From Bacteroidales bacterium (GTDB lineage: Bacteria > Bacteroidota > Bacteroidia > Bacteroidales > UBA12077), in NCBI GenBank assembly GCA_028282585.1, contig JANQHR010000052.1, forward strand, positions 1 to 64,000: a stretch of DNA of 64,000 nt. The letters run 5' to 3'. Shown here one piece after another: positions 28,900-38,578 of the stretch. Below the pieces are notes generated by a model. The model did no database searches. It was not told the DNA's origin and saw only the letters and a list, made by a program, of their open reading frames with translations. The position numbers and the translations under genes are program-made. How positions within the stretch are numbered: position 1 is the stretch's first letter; every line of letters starts with the position of its first letter.

Positions 28900-29871
28900 A
28901 TGAATAGAATTTTAATAGTATTTGTAATTATGAACATATTAATGTTCTTAAATTCGTGTAGTCAAGAAGAAAATGGGCCTGCTGACGAAACAAAAGAATG
29001 GATTAGAAATTCTGCAAATCCTGTTTTCCACGATTACATTTCAGAAGAAAATTATGAAGTTGCTAGTGATGCACACGTCTTCTTTGACGAATATGATTCC
29101 TTAAAAATGATATATACTGGTGGTGCAAACGGGAAAGCTTCAATAAAATTAGCCATTGGCAGTTCATGGGATAATTGGACAAAAGGTAGCTCATTGCTTT
29201 ACCAGCCAGGTCCATCAGGACTGGACATTTATAAAGAAACTGGTTTTTACAGAAAATCTTCGAATGGGAAACATCAAATTTATTATATCGGATACGATGA
29301 TGAAAATACTTATGAATCACAAATATACCTTGCCGAGGCAGATGCTTTAAGAGGGCCTTATACGCAGTTTGAACAGCCTTTGATTTCCAGGGGAATAATA
29401 GCAGGAAAAAATGTTTATTGTATGACCAGTCCCAGTGTGATTGAACATCATGGCTTATTATACATGACATTTATAGGTTGGAATGATTCACCGGAAAATG
29501 TTACGAATGTATGGATGATAGGTGCAATATCATCTGATGAAGGGCATAACTGGTCAGATTTTCAAATAGTTGATGCCAGAATTATGATGGAAGGGCAAGT
29601 AACAAAAGCCCCTGACAATACCTTTATTGCAGTTAGAACAGGTGATTATGAAAACACTGAAGCAATATATTATGCAACTTCAACTCATCCATTCGGACCC
29701 TGGACAGAAGAGGAAGAACCAATTTTGATTCAGGCAGGGGCTCCATATGAAAAGGATGAATGCATCGCGCCGCAAATTACTATTGATCCTCTAACAAATA
29801 AACAGTATTTATTTTACACCGGGGCCGATCATCAAGTTGGATGGTGGATTATGCTTGCTGAAAAGAAATAA
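28900..29871 (+). CDS. Five-bladed beta-propeller glycosidase-like lipoprotein
   Basis: Lipobox LNSC, NPV, repeated GP(W/Y)T, SPSV and APQI blade motifs. Confidence 0.7.
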   Translation: MNRILIVFVIMNILMFLNSCSQEENGPADETKEWIRNSANPVFHDYISEENYEVASDAHVFFDEYDSLKMIYTGGANGKASIKLAIGSSWDNWTKGSSLLYQPGPSGLDIYKETGFYRKSSNGKHQIYYIGYDDENTYESQIYLAEADALRGPYTQFEQPLISRGIIAGKNVYCMTSPSVIEHHGLLYMTFIGWNDSPENVTNVWMIGAISSDEGHNWSDFQIVDARIMMEGQVTKAPDNTFIAVRTGDYENTEAIYYATSTHPFGPWTEEEEPILIQAGAPYEKDECIAPQITIDPLTNKQYLFYTGADHQVGWWIMLAEKK

Positions 29872-29971
29872 ATAGCGGTTTCGCGCTAAGTATTGTAATA
29901 ATATTTGCTTTGCAACGGATAATGATTATGCATAGAGTGAAAACTTCCAAACTTTACTTAAATGTGTACCG

Positions 29972-30601
29972 TTGCGATTTGGCAACAACACGATTTATAG
30001 AATGAATTATAAAAGCGCTGCTGAAAGAATAATTGCCCTGAGAAATACAGACATAGAGTTTAGGGAAAGACTTGTTCAAAATAAACGAATTGGAGAAGGC
30101 TACAATGAAGAAATGAAAAAATTGCACAACAGAAATGCAAGAATATTAAATCACATAATTGACACCATCGGTTATCCAACCATTGACAAAGTAGGTAAAG
30201 AAGCCAGCGAAGCAGCGTGGATGATCATACAACATTCAATCGAACAGCCTGATTTTATGAAAAAGTGTGTAAAACTATTGGAAAGGGCAGTTAGCGAAAA
30301 TAAAGCAGAAGCAAGAAGTTTAGCTTACTTGACAGACCGAATAGCGACATTGGAAGGAAAACCACAACTTTATGGAACTCAATTTGATTGGGACGAAAAC
30401 AAAAAATTAAGTCCAAAACTCTTTGATAACTTAGCCAAAGTAAATCAAAGAAGAAAATCTATCGGGCTTAAAACACTTGAAGAACAAACCGCAATTATAA
30501 GAAGACAAGCTGAAAATGAAAGTCAATTTCCACCAACAGACTTTGTAAAAAGAAAACAGGAGATTGACGAATGGAGAAAAAAAGTAGGTTGGATAAAATA
30601 A
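29972..30601 (+). CDS. DUF6624-like protein (likely start 30002)
   Basis: AAWMIIQH, AYLTDR...GKPQLYGTQF, VNQRRKSIGL. Confidence 0.8.
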   Translation: MRFGNNTIYRMNYKSAAERIIALRNTDIEFRERLVQNKRIGEGYNEEMKKLHNRNARILNHIIDTIGYPTIDKVGKEASEAAWMIIQHSIEQPDFMKKCVKLLERAVSENKAEARSLAYLTDRIATLEGKPQLYGTQFDWDENKKLSPKLFDNLAKVNQRRKSIGLKTLEEQTAIIRRQAENESQFPPTDFVKRKQEIDEWRKKVGWIK

Positions 30602-30610
30602 GCTGATTTA

Positions 30611-30636
30611 GTGTCAACTTATTTCAGGACGAGACA
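30611..30636. mobile_element. Orphan IS3-like terminal inverted repeat
   Basis: GTGTCAACTTATTTCAGGACGAGACA ends in CA and resembles Bacteroidota IS3 ends from recall; no transposase nearby. Confidence 0.5.
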
Positions 30637-30647
30637 CTAGATAAAAT

Positions 30648-30677
30648 AAAAAGGCTTGTAAATCTACAAGCCTTTTT
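30648..30677. terminator. Bidirectional terminator
   Basis: AAAAAGGCTTGTA-AATC-TACAAGCCTTTTT between convergent genes. Confidence 0.8.
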
Positions 30678-30699
30678 CTCTTAAAATATCTTAATTCAA

Positions 30700-31146
30700 T
30701 TAATCAGCTTCTTCTTTTATACCAAACATTATAGCTACGCAACCGCTAACCAGTTCTTCGGATTCTCCTTCACTATTTTTTACTCGTAATGAAATTATAA
30801 GTTGTTGACTTGATTGTAAATTAAAATCCCAGACTCTTGAATAATCATCTTTTCTGTTATCGTACAAAACATTTCTATTTACATCAAGCACCTGAAATTC
30901 AATCTCCGGAAGCGCATCTGAACCACAAATATATATTCTGTAGTTTTGCCCGGCATAAAATGTTTTATATAACTCTGCATCCTCACCTTCAGTCAAAATA
31001 GCAGCATTGTAGTTACCATCATGTATATATGGTGTTAATTCTAATTTACAAACCTTTTTAGCAAAACTCTTCCATTGCGAATTACCATAAAAAGGTATTA
31101 GAGCCAAAACAGTTAATACAATTAATATCTGGTATATTTTTTTCAT
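30700..31146 (-). CDS. Hypothetical exported protein
   Basis: Signal peptide, 148 aa. Confidence 0.7.
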   Translation of the reverse strand: MKKIYQILIVLTVLALIPFYGNSQWKSFAKKVCKLELTPYIHDGNYNAAILTEGEDAELYKTFYAGQNYRIYICGSDALPEIEFQVLDVNRNVLYDNRKDDYSRVWDFNLQSSQQLIISLRVKNSEGESEELVSGCVAIMFGIKEEAD

Positions 31147-31159
31147 AACAGAGGATATT

Positions 31160-32179
31160 TTATAGTATATAATTACTTCGTATTACCTTAACTTTTTCTT
31201 TTAATTCATTATAAGTCTCCGGACTCATAGAAATAGTTGTTTCAGATTTTAGAGTTGTTACTTTAGTTTCTTCATCTGTAACTGGCTCAATCTTGGAAGT
31301 TGTAATCTCGATCTTCTCAAAAATTTTCTTAAGCTCATTAACATCAGTCATTACAGCTTGAACATCTTCATTGTCAGAATTCTCATCTAATAAGCTCATA
31401 ACTGTATTAAGAGTTAATTTTTGATCGATTATCCTATTAATCAACTCATTGTTATTAAAATCAGCATCGGCTCCAACAAGATTAGTTGCAATGTATAATC
31501 CTTCTATCCAACCTCCTACTAAAACAATTGTTGACAAAGCCTGCCTGTCATTTTCTTCAAAAAATGAGCTTGAATTCATAATAGTTTCTGAAATGATGTC
31601 CATTATAACATCCCGGTTATTAATATTAGCTTCTAACCTTTCAATTATATCTTCATCAATAGCATTAAGAATACCAAGACCTTCCGCCATTTTCTTAGCT
31701 GCATTCATATAACTAATTGTAGCCTGTGTTTGATCAAATAAACTGGCATAACTTAAATCTGTAGTATAAATTCCTAGATTTAATGCCATGCTTTTATTGG
31801 TAACATATCTTGAAACATTATCGGTAGGGTTTAGAAGCTCTTCGTTATATTTTGCACCAGCTTGCTTCAAAATCATTGCAGTCTCAAGAGGTGACGGCAA
31901 AGAGTAAAAGATCTCTTTTACAGTTTTTACGTCCTGAATTAATTGTTCATCAATTTCTAATGAATCGATTGTAACTAAATCATCTGAATCTTTATCTTTC
32001 TTTTTATCTGAAGCACAACCTGTTATTATTCCGAAGGCAATAATAACTGCTAAAAAATATAAAGCTCTACGATGTAATAATTTAATATTCATAATTAGCT
32101 GTCTATTAATTGTTACCAGTATATCACAATTTGTAGTAAAATTAACACTTTTTTTTAAAAAACAAAATTTCGATTTCAC
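31160..32179 (-). CDS. Hypothetical lipoprotein (likely start about 32092)
   Basis: Lipobox ITGC; LPSPLE, ALNLGIY, GGWIEGLY. Confidence 0.75.
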   Translation of the reverse strand: MKSKFCFLKKSVNFTTNCDILVTINRQLIMNIKLLHRRALYFLAVIIAFGIITGCASDKKKDKDSDDLVTIDSLEIDEQLIQDVKTVKEIFYSLPSPLETAMILKQAGAKYNEELLNPTDNVSRYVTNKSMALNLGIYTTDLSYASLFDQTQATISYMNAAKKMAEGLGILNAIDEDIIERLEANINNRDVIMDIISETIMNSSSFFEENDRQALSTIVLVGGWIEGLYIATNLVGADADFNNNELINRIIDQKLTLNTVMSLLDENSDNEDVQAVMTDVNELKKIFEKIEITTSKIEPVTDEETKVTTLKSETTISMSPETYNELKEKVKVIRSNYIL

Positions 32180-32360
32180 GCTAATACCTGAAACTACAAG
32201 ATTTTGTACGATTAACTTTCCTATTTTGTTTTAAAAAACCGAGTATTTTTCAGAACTAATATAGAAAATAATAATTTTAATAACCAATAATTAAGCAGAA
32301 TTATTCTAATTTTGTTTCGGTTAATTATGCACTGGAAATAAGTATAAATCATTTTAAATA

Positions 32361-32873
32361 ATGAATAATAAGGAAGTTATAAAGCATCTAAAATCAGGAA
32401 ATCAATCGCTGATTTTAGAAACTTTAAGGTATATCGAAACAGAAGGAAATAAAGAAATATTAGCCGAAGTTATAAATCTTTTGCAACAAACTACCGATAC
32501 TATAATTCGGGATGAGATCGTAAAAATTCTTGAAAATTTAAACAACCAGGATTGCGTAACCGTACTAACCCAATCTCTTTTAAATGCTGATTATAAAGAT
32601 ATTATATCTCTACTTGTTTCCGCTTGTTGGAAAAACGGACTGGATTACAGCGAATCGGTTGAAGTATTTACGGATATATTTATTAAGTCTGATTTTCAGC
32701 TTGCATTTGATGCTTTTACCGTTATTGATAATTTGGAAGAAATTGACAGCATTATTGCAGAAGCTTGTATTTTTAGGTTAAAGAATGCAATTGAGGATAT
32801 TCAGGATGATAAAAAGCCTTTATATTTTGAGCTTTTAAAAATAATTGAAGAAAAAAAAGAAAATCCCGCTTAA
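32361..32873 (+). CDS. HEAT-repeat-like hypothetical protein
   Basis: Helical amphipathic repeats. Confidence 0.6.
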   Translation: MNNKEVIKHLKSGNQSLILETLRYIETEGNKEILAEVINLLQQTTDTIIRDEIVKILENLNNQDCVTVLTQSLLNADYKDIISLLVSACWKNGLDYSESVEVFTDIFIKSDFQLAFDAFTVIDNLEEIDSIIAEACIFRLKNAIEDIQDDKKPLYFELLKIIEEKKENPA

Positions 32874-32884
32874 GCGGGATTTTT
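32860..32884. terminator. Bidirectional terminator
   Basis: AAAATCCCGCT-TA-AGCGGGATTTTT. Confidence 0.8.
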
Positions 32885-32885
32885 A

Positions 32886-33854
32886 TTATTGGACACTGGA
32901 GAAATATTTCATGAATTGCGATCTCTCGTAAACTAAAGGATCATCTATTTTTGAATAACTCATTTTTCCTTTAAACTCATAGATATTTTCAAATCCTTGT
33001 TTATTCATCCATTCTTCAACTTCTTTTAATATTTTTTCAATTTGATCTATTCCATTCTTGTATAATGTTGAACAAACCTGAACAGCATTTGCACCGGCTA
33101 ATATTTGTTTAACAACCGCTTTACCGTCATGAACTCCCGTTGATGCTGCAATGTCTAAATTTGCTATTTTAGAAGAAATTATTCCAACCCAACGAAGCGA
33201 ATTTCTTATATCTGCTGGCGAACTAAAAACTTCGGCTGATGTGAATTTTAAATTATCTATGTCAATATCGGAAGCATAAAATCTATTAAATAAAACTACT
33301 CCAGGAACATTTAATTTTTGTATAAAACCCACAAGGTTTGAAAAGTGCGAGCCTAATTTGAATGCATAAGGAATCTTGATTGTACTTTTTAATTTTGCTG
33401 CCAAATCAAAATAGATATTTTCATATTGCTCAGCGCTTGCATTTCTATCATTTGGTAATACAAAAACATTAATTTCTATAGCATCCGCACCAGCTTCTTC
33501 AATACTCTTTGCAAATCCTACCCACTCTTTTGCTGAAACACAATTTATACTTGCTATAATAGGAATTTTAACCTCGCTTTTAGCTTGCTTAATTAATTCA
33601 AGGTATTCCTGAATCGTATTTTGCTTTACATAATGATTAACATAGTCCCACGCCTCAGGTGAATCTGATCCGTTTGCTATATTTCCGGCCTCATATCTAA
33701 TTTGTTCTTCGAAAATTGATTTCAGTACTATTGCACCAGCGCCTTTTTCTTCAATTTTCTTAATTTTTTCGACAGAACTTGTTAAACCTGAACTAGCTAC
33801 AATCAGAGGATTTTTAAGCTTTATCCCCAAATAAGTAGTTTCTAATTGACTCAT
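32886..33854 (-). CDS. Dihydroorotate dehydrogenase-like protein
   Basis: LKNPLIVASS, KSIFEEQI, LFNRFY, STGVHDG; FMN TIM barrel. Confidence 0.88.
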   Translation of the reverse strand: MSQLETTYLGIKLKNPLIVASSGLTSSVEKIKKIEEKGAGAIVLKSIFEEQIRYEAGNIANGSDSPEAWDYVNHYVKQNTIQEYLELIKQAKSEVKIPIIASINCVSAKEWVGFAKSIEEAGADAIEINVFVLPNDRNASAEQYENIYFDLAAKLKSTIKIPYAFKLGSHFSNLVGFIQKLNVPGVVLFNRFYASDIDIDNLKFTSAEVFSSPADIRNSLRWVGIISSKIANLDIAASTGVHDGKAVVKQILAGANAVQVCSTLYKNGIDQIEKILKEVEEWMNKQGFENIYEFKGKMSYSKIDDPLVYERSQFMKYFSSVQ

Positions 33855-33882
33855 AATGTTTATATATTTAATTGTTTATTTT

Positions 33883-34554
33883 TTAATAATTACGTGCTCC
33901 AAATAGCAAACTTCCAATCCTAACCATTGTTGCTCCTTCTTCTATTGCTATTTTATAATCTCCAGACATTCCCATAGAGATTTCCTTAAAACTTTCTTTT
34001 TTTACAAAAATTGTATTTTTTAACTCATTAAAGATATGAACTAATTCTTTAAATTCAGCACGAATAGTATCCTCATTTTCTGTAAAAGTAGCCATACCCA
34101 TTACTCCACAAATATTTACATACTCCAAACTTCTGAATTCTTCTGTATCCAGAAACTTAATTACTTCTATTAAGTCTAAACCAAACTTTGTTTCTTCCTT
34201 AGCAATATGAAATTGTAATAAACAATCTATTTTCCTATTATTCTTCTCTCCTTCCTTATTTATTACTTTCAATAGTTTAAAACTATCAACTCCATGAATT
34301 AAAGCAACAAACGGTGCTATGTATTTCACTTTATTGCTTTGCATATGGCCAATCATATGCCATTCAATGTCTTTTGGCAACTGCTCATATTTTGAAGCTA
34401 GATCCTGTACTTTATTTTCACCAAATATCTTATGACCAGATTGATATGCCTCAAGAATAGTTTCGACCGGCTTAGTTTTTGAAACTGCAATTAATTTTAC
34501 ATTTTCTGGAATTTCTGTTTTTAAGAATTGCTTTATGTTGTCGGAAACACCCAT
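33883..34554 (-). CDS. yggS: PLP homeostasis protein, YggS family
   Basis: AVSKTKP, FGENKVQ, WHMIGHMQSNK, SMGMSGD, VRIGS. Confidence 0.95.
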   Translation of the reverse strand: MGVSDNIKQFLKTEIPENVKLIAVSKTKPVETILEAYQSGHKIFGENKVQDLASKYEQLPKDIEWHMIGHMQSNKVKYIAPFVALIHGVDSFKLLKVINKEGEKNNRKIDCLLQFHIAKEETKFGLDLIEVIKFLDTEEFRSLEYVNICGVMGMATFTENEDTIRAEFKELVHIFNELKNTIFVKKESFKEISMGMSGDYKIAIEEGATMVRIGSLLFGARNY

Positions 34555-34640
34555 TAATTAACCATATTTAACTTAATGAGCCTCAAAAGTAATAAAAAAG
34601 TAGTTGTCTTAAAAAGATAATTATCAGGTTTGTTTAATAT

Positions 34641-34668
34641 AAAAAAGAGGGATAATTAATCCCTCTTT
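34641..34668 (-). terminator. Intrinsic terminator
   Basis: AAAAAAGAGGGAT-AATTA-ATCCCTCTTT. Confidence 0.7.
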
Positions 34669-34693
34669 CATATAGTTATAATCAACTGTTGAA

Positions 34694-35944
34694 TTAATCA
34701 AGTTTATGAATAACCAATCCACTTCTAAGTTTTGGTTCGAACCAAGTAGTTTTTGGTGGCATAATATTTCCAGTATCTGCAATATCAATTAATTGTTGTA
34801 ATGATGCTGGGTATAAAGCAAAAGCAACTTTCATATCGCCGCTATCTACACGTTTTTTTAGTTCACCTAAACCACGAATTCCACCAACAAAATCAATTCT
34901 CTTTGAAGTTCTTAAATCTGTAATGTTAAATAAAGGTTCAAGTACTTGTTTAGAAAGAATAGTTACATCTAATACGCCAATAGGATCTTTATCATTATAA
35001 GTTCCTTCTTTAGCTGTTAATTTATACCAGTCTCCAGCAAGATACATACTGAATTCATGCAATTTAGAAGGTTTATAAATTTCTGAGCCTATTTTTTCAA
35101 CTTCAAACGAATTAGTCAATTTTTCAACTAATTCTTCTTCAGATAAACCGTTAAGGTCCTTTACGACACGGTTGTAATCAATAATTTTTAACTGATTGTC
35201 GGGGAAATGAACGGCCATAAAGAAATTATATTCTTCATTGCCGTTATGATTAGGATTTTGCTCCTGTTTTTCAACACCGATTCTTGCAGCAGCAGCGGTT
35301 CTGTGATGTCCATCAGCAACGTATGTATAAGGAACTTTTGTTGCAAATAAGTCTTCTAATTTCTTATTCGTATCAGTATCATTTATTGCCCAAAAATGAT
35401 GTCCGAAACCATCCTCAGCAACGAAATCGTAATCTGCTTCTTGAGTTTTTACTATGTTCTCAACAATTGCATCAATCTCAGGGACAGCTTTATAAGAAAA
35501 GAACACCGGTTCGATATTCGCATTAGTATAACGAGTTAAAACCATCCTATCATCTTCTTTTTCCGGACGAGTTAACTCATGCTTTTTGATAATTCCGTTA
35601 TGATAATCTGCGCAAGCAGCAGCACCTACTATTCCATATTGAGTGCGACCATCCATCGTTTGAGCATAAATATAAAATTTTGCTTCTTCATCTTGCACTA
35701 ACCAGCCTTTTTCCTGGAATGCTTTGAAGTTCTCAACAGCTTTTTCATAAACAGTATCTGAATGAACATCTATCCCTGGCTCACAGTCAATTTCTGCTCT
35801 TGTAATATGTAATAACGAACAATCTTTGCCCTCAGCCATAATAGCAGCTTCTTCACTGTTCATTACATCGTATGGTAAAGATGCTAAATCTTTAGAAATT
35901 TCTTTTGGAGGCCTTAGGCCCTTAAATGGTTTTATTATTGCCAT
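34694..35944 (-). CDS. DUF1015 family protein
   Basis: PYDV, KKHELT, ADGHHR, MPPKTTWFEPKLRSGL; serC-serA context. Confidence 0.92.
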   Translation of the reverse strand: MAIIKPFKGLRPPKEISKDLASLPYDVMNSEEAAIMAEGKDCSLLHITRAEIDCEPGIDVHSDTVYEKAVENFKAFQEKGWLVQDEEAKFYIYAQTMDGRTQYGIVGAAACADYHNGIIKKHELTRPEKEDDRMVLTRYTNANIEPVFFSYKAVPEIDAIVENIVKTQEADYDFVAEDGFGHHFWAINDTDTNKKLEDLFATKVPYTYVADGHHRTAAAARIGVEKQEQNPNHNGNEEYNFFMAVHFPDNQLKIIDYNRVVKDLNGLSEEELVEKLTNSFEVEKIGSEIYKPSKLHEFSMYLAGDWYKLTAKEGTYNDKDPIGVLDVTILSKQVLEPLFNITDLRTSKRIDFVGGIRGLGELKKRVDSGDMKVAFALYPASLQQLIDIADTGNIMPPKTTWFEPKLRSGLVIHKLD

Positions 35945-35975
35945 ATTTTAAAAGTATTTAGTTATTTGTTTTTAG

Positions 35976-36332
35976 TTATTTAATCCTTTTTGATATTGCT
36001 TTTGTTAATCCAGTCAACATTTTTGATATTTCAATTAAATCATTTCTCAATTGTGTATAAATTAGATCATTAATATAATCTCTTCTCTTGGCAATTTCAA
36101 TACATACTACACTTTCCTTTAGATTTGCTTTTGAAATATTTAATAAATTACTTTGGGCTGTCACAAGCTCTTTCCGCAATATTTAACACAACCGAAGTTG
36201 TTGACCTTAATTAACTGACTCGCTAAACTAAATTTCTCAATTTCTGGTAATTTTTCAGTTATCCTATAAATTTCATCGATTAAAACCAGAGATTTTTGAT
36301 ATGCCTCTAATTTTTTGAAATTAAATCCACTT
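35976..36332 (-). pseudogene. Frameshifted four-helix-bundle (23S rRNA IVP-like) gene
   Basis: FKKLEAYQKS...LPEIEKFSLASQL / RSTTSVVLNIAE / ISKANLKESV...ISKMLTGL in different frames. Confidence 0.8.
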
Positions 36333-36357
36333 GTTACTAACTACTAATAACCAGAAA

Positions 36358-37278
36358 CTAATTTACTTTGAAAGTTTCATTTCCGTTTTCAATAAAATCA
36401 ACTATTTGATTAGCTGCTGCAACACCTGCATTTATATTAGCTTCTGCAGTTTGCGCTCCCATTTTCTTAGGAGTAAAGAAAAACCTTCCTTCATATTTCC
36501 CGGTGATTTCATCTTTACAATCAGGAGCTATATCAGAAACATACCTGAAGTCTTCCCTTTCTGAGAAAACCTTTAATAGTTCTTCTTCATTAATAACTTC
36601 TTTTCTTGCAGTATTAATTAAAGTGGCTCCTTTAGGCATTTTACTTATCAGATCAAACCCAACTGATTTTTTAGTTTTTTCATTTGAAGGAATATTTAAA
36701 GATAGATACTGGCAATTTGAATATAGTTCTTCAACTGAACTTACCGGAGTAACTCCATCTTTTTTAATATGTTCATCATTTACAAATGGATCAAAGGCAA
36801 ACACTTCCATTCCAAAGCCTTTTGCAATCTCTCCTACATATCTTCCAACATTTCCATATGCATGAATACCTATCTTTTTACCACGCAATTCAGTTCCTGC
36901 TTTTCCATTATAGTTTCCACGGGCGATCATAACAGCCATCCCAATTGCTAACTCCGCAACTGCATTTGAATTTTGTCCCGGAGTGTTCATAGCTACAATA
37001 TTAGCTTTAGTACAGGCATTCAAATCAAGATTATCATAACCAGCACCAGCTCTTACAACAATTTTTAGGTTTTTCGCTGCATCAATAACTTCTTTAGTTA
37101 CTTTGTCAGAACGAACAATTAAAGCATCAACATCTTCAACGGCTTTTAGGAAATCAGCGTTATCCGTATATTTTTCCAATAAGACCAATTCGTAATTCGC
37201 TTTATCTAAAACTTCCTTAATTTGAGCTACTGCTGCCGATGCAAAGGGTTTTTCGGTTGCAACAAGAACTTTTTTCAT
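36358..37278 (-). CDS. serA: D-3-phosphoglycerate dehydrogenase (short form)
   Basis: RAGAGYDN, NTPGQNSNAVAE, INTAR; next to serC. Confidence 0.85.
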   Translation of the reverse strand: MKKVLVATEKPFASAAVAQIKEVLDKANYELVLLEKYTDNADFLKAVEDVDALIVRSDKVTKEVIDAAKNLKIVVRAGAGYDNLDLNACTKANIVAMNTPGQNSNAVAELAIGMAVMIARGNYNGKAGTELRGKKIGIHAYGNVGRYVGEIAKGFGMEVFAFDPFVNDEHIKKDGVTPVSSVEELYSNCQYLSLNIPSNEKTKKSVGFDLISKMPKGATLINTARKEVINEEELLKVFSEREDFRYVSDIAPDCKDEITGKYEGRFFFTPKKMGAQTAEANINAGVAAANQIVDFIENGNETFKVN

Positions 37279-37352
37279 TTTGTAATAATTTTAGGTTTTA
37301 TAAAAAAGACCCAAAGCTAAATACCTTGAGTCTAATATATTAAAATTTGTTA

Positions 37353-38423
37353 TTAAGCATTTTGAGCTTCAAAATCCTTCATTGCTTGAACCAATGCCTG
37401 AACGTCTTCCATTGTAGAAGCATTGTACGTAGAAGCACGGAAACCTCCAACAGAACGGTGACCTTTAATCCCAACACAATTTCTTTCAGCAGCAAATGCT
37501 ATAAAGTCAGCTTCCTTACCTTTATACTGCTCTTCAAAAATAAAAACTATGTTCATTCTTGAACGATCTTCTTTTGCAACAGGACAGGTAAACATTTTAC
37601 TTTCATCGATTGCACCATATAATAAATCCGCTCTATCTTTTGCCAATTTCTCCATAGCTTCAACTCCACCCATTGATTTTACCCACTTCAATGTTTCTCT
37701 TACTGCAAAAATATTGAATACAGGAGGCGTATTAAACATGGAACCTTTATCAACGTGAGTACTATACTTTAACATAGTAGGAACTGGACGTTCAGCGACC
37801 TTATCCAATAATTCATTTTTAATTATAACAAAAGTTACTCCGGCAGGCCCTAAGTTTTTTTGAGCACCACCATAGATCAAATCATATTTTGCTACGTTAA
37901 CAGGACGACTTAAGAAATCAGATGACATATCAGCAATTAAAGGAGCTTTTACATCTAAATCTTCAAATATCTCAGTACCGGCAATTGTATTATTTGTTGT
38001 AATATGAACGTAATCTACATCATCAGGAATATTAAATCCTTTTGGATAATATGTAAAGTTTTTATCTTCTGATGATACAACCTCAACTTCTCCAAATAAT
38101 TTAGCTTCTTTAATCGCTTTAGTAGACCATGTACCGGTGTTAACATAAAGTGCTTTTGATTTCATGAAATTATATGGTATCATAGCAAATTGTAAACTTG
38201 CTCCGCCACCTAAAAAAAGAACAGAATATCCTTCCGGAATACTTAACACTTCCTTCATTAACTCAACTGTTTCATCCATTACCGCCTGAAATTCTTTACT
38301 TCTGTGCGAAATTTCAATTAATGATTGACCGATTCCGTTTAATTCTAAAACTGCTTCAGCTGAATTTTTTAAAAGTGGATCTGATAATTTACATGGACCA
38401 GCATTAAATATGTGCTTCCTCAT
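37353..38423 (-). CDS. serC: Phosphoserine aminotransferase
   Basis: [41 protein letters not shown]. Confidence 0.96.
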   Translation of the reverse strand: MRKHIFNAGPCKLSDPLLKNSAEAVLELNGIGQSLIEISHRSKEFQAVMDETVELMKEVLSIPEGYSVLFLGGGASLQFAMIPYNFMKSKALYVNTGTWSTKAIKEAKLFGEVEVVSSEDKNFTYYPKGFNIPDDVDYVHITTNNTIAGTEIFEDLDVKAPLIADMSSDFLSRPVNVAKYDLIYGGAQKNLGPAGVTFVIIKNELLDKVAERPVPTMLKYSTHVDKGSMFNTPPVFNIFAVRETLKWVKSMGGVEAMEKLAKDRADLLYGAIDESKMFTCPVAKEDRSRMNIVFIFEEQYKGKEADFIAFAAERNCVGIKGHRSVGGFRASTYNASTMEDVQALVQAMKDFEAQNA

Positions 38424-38578
38424 AATGTATTGTTTTTTAATTTATTAACTATAATTAATTTGAGACTGCAAGATGCAAATAAATTTTAATATAAAGTGAT
38501 AAAATTTTATGATGTTCAACATTTTTCTTTAAAGAAAAACGGATCATAAAATTAAGAATAAACCATTGAATAAAAAAC

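Larger units (their letters stand above)
6135..30601 (+). mobile_element. Integron-like gene cassette array with degenerate attC-like sites; no integrase in window
   Basis: About 20 unrelated co-oriented genes, intergenic hairpins bounded by AAC...GTT, complementary cassette ends. Confidence 0.75.

Noticed and set aside
6135-30601. CRISPR array or rho-independent terminator explanation for the intergenic repeats
   Set aside because: The repeats are long, divergent and separated by whole genes. There are no cas genes and no constant repeat-spacer period. The hairpins lack U-tracts and have long loops.
5985-30601. Integrase, transposase or prophage genes for the island
   Set aside because: No ORF with tyrosine (R-H-x-x-R-Y), serine or DDE recombinase motifs, and no phage structural genes, was recognised.
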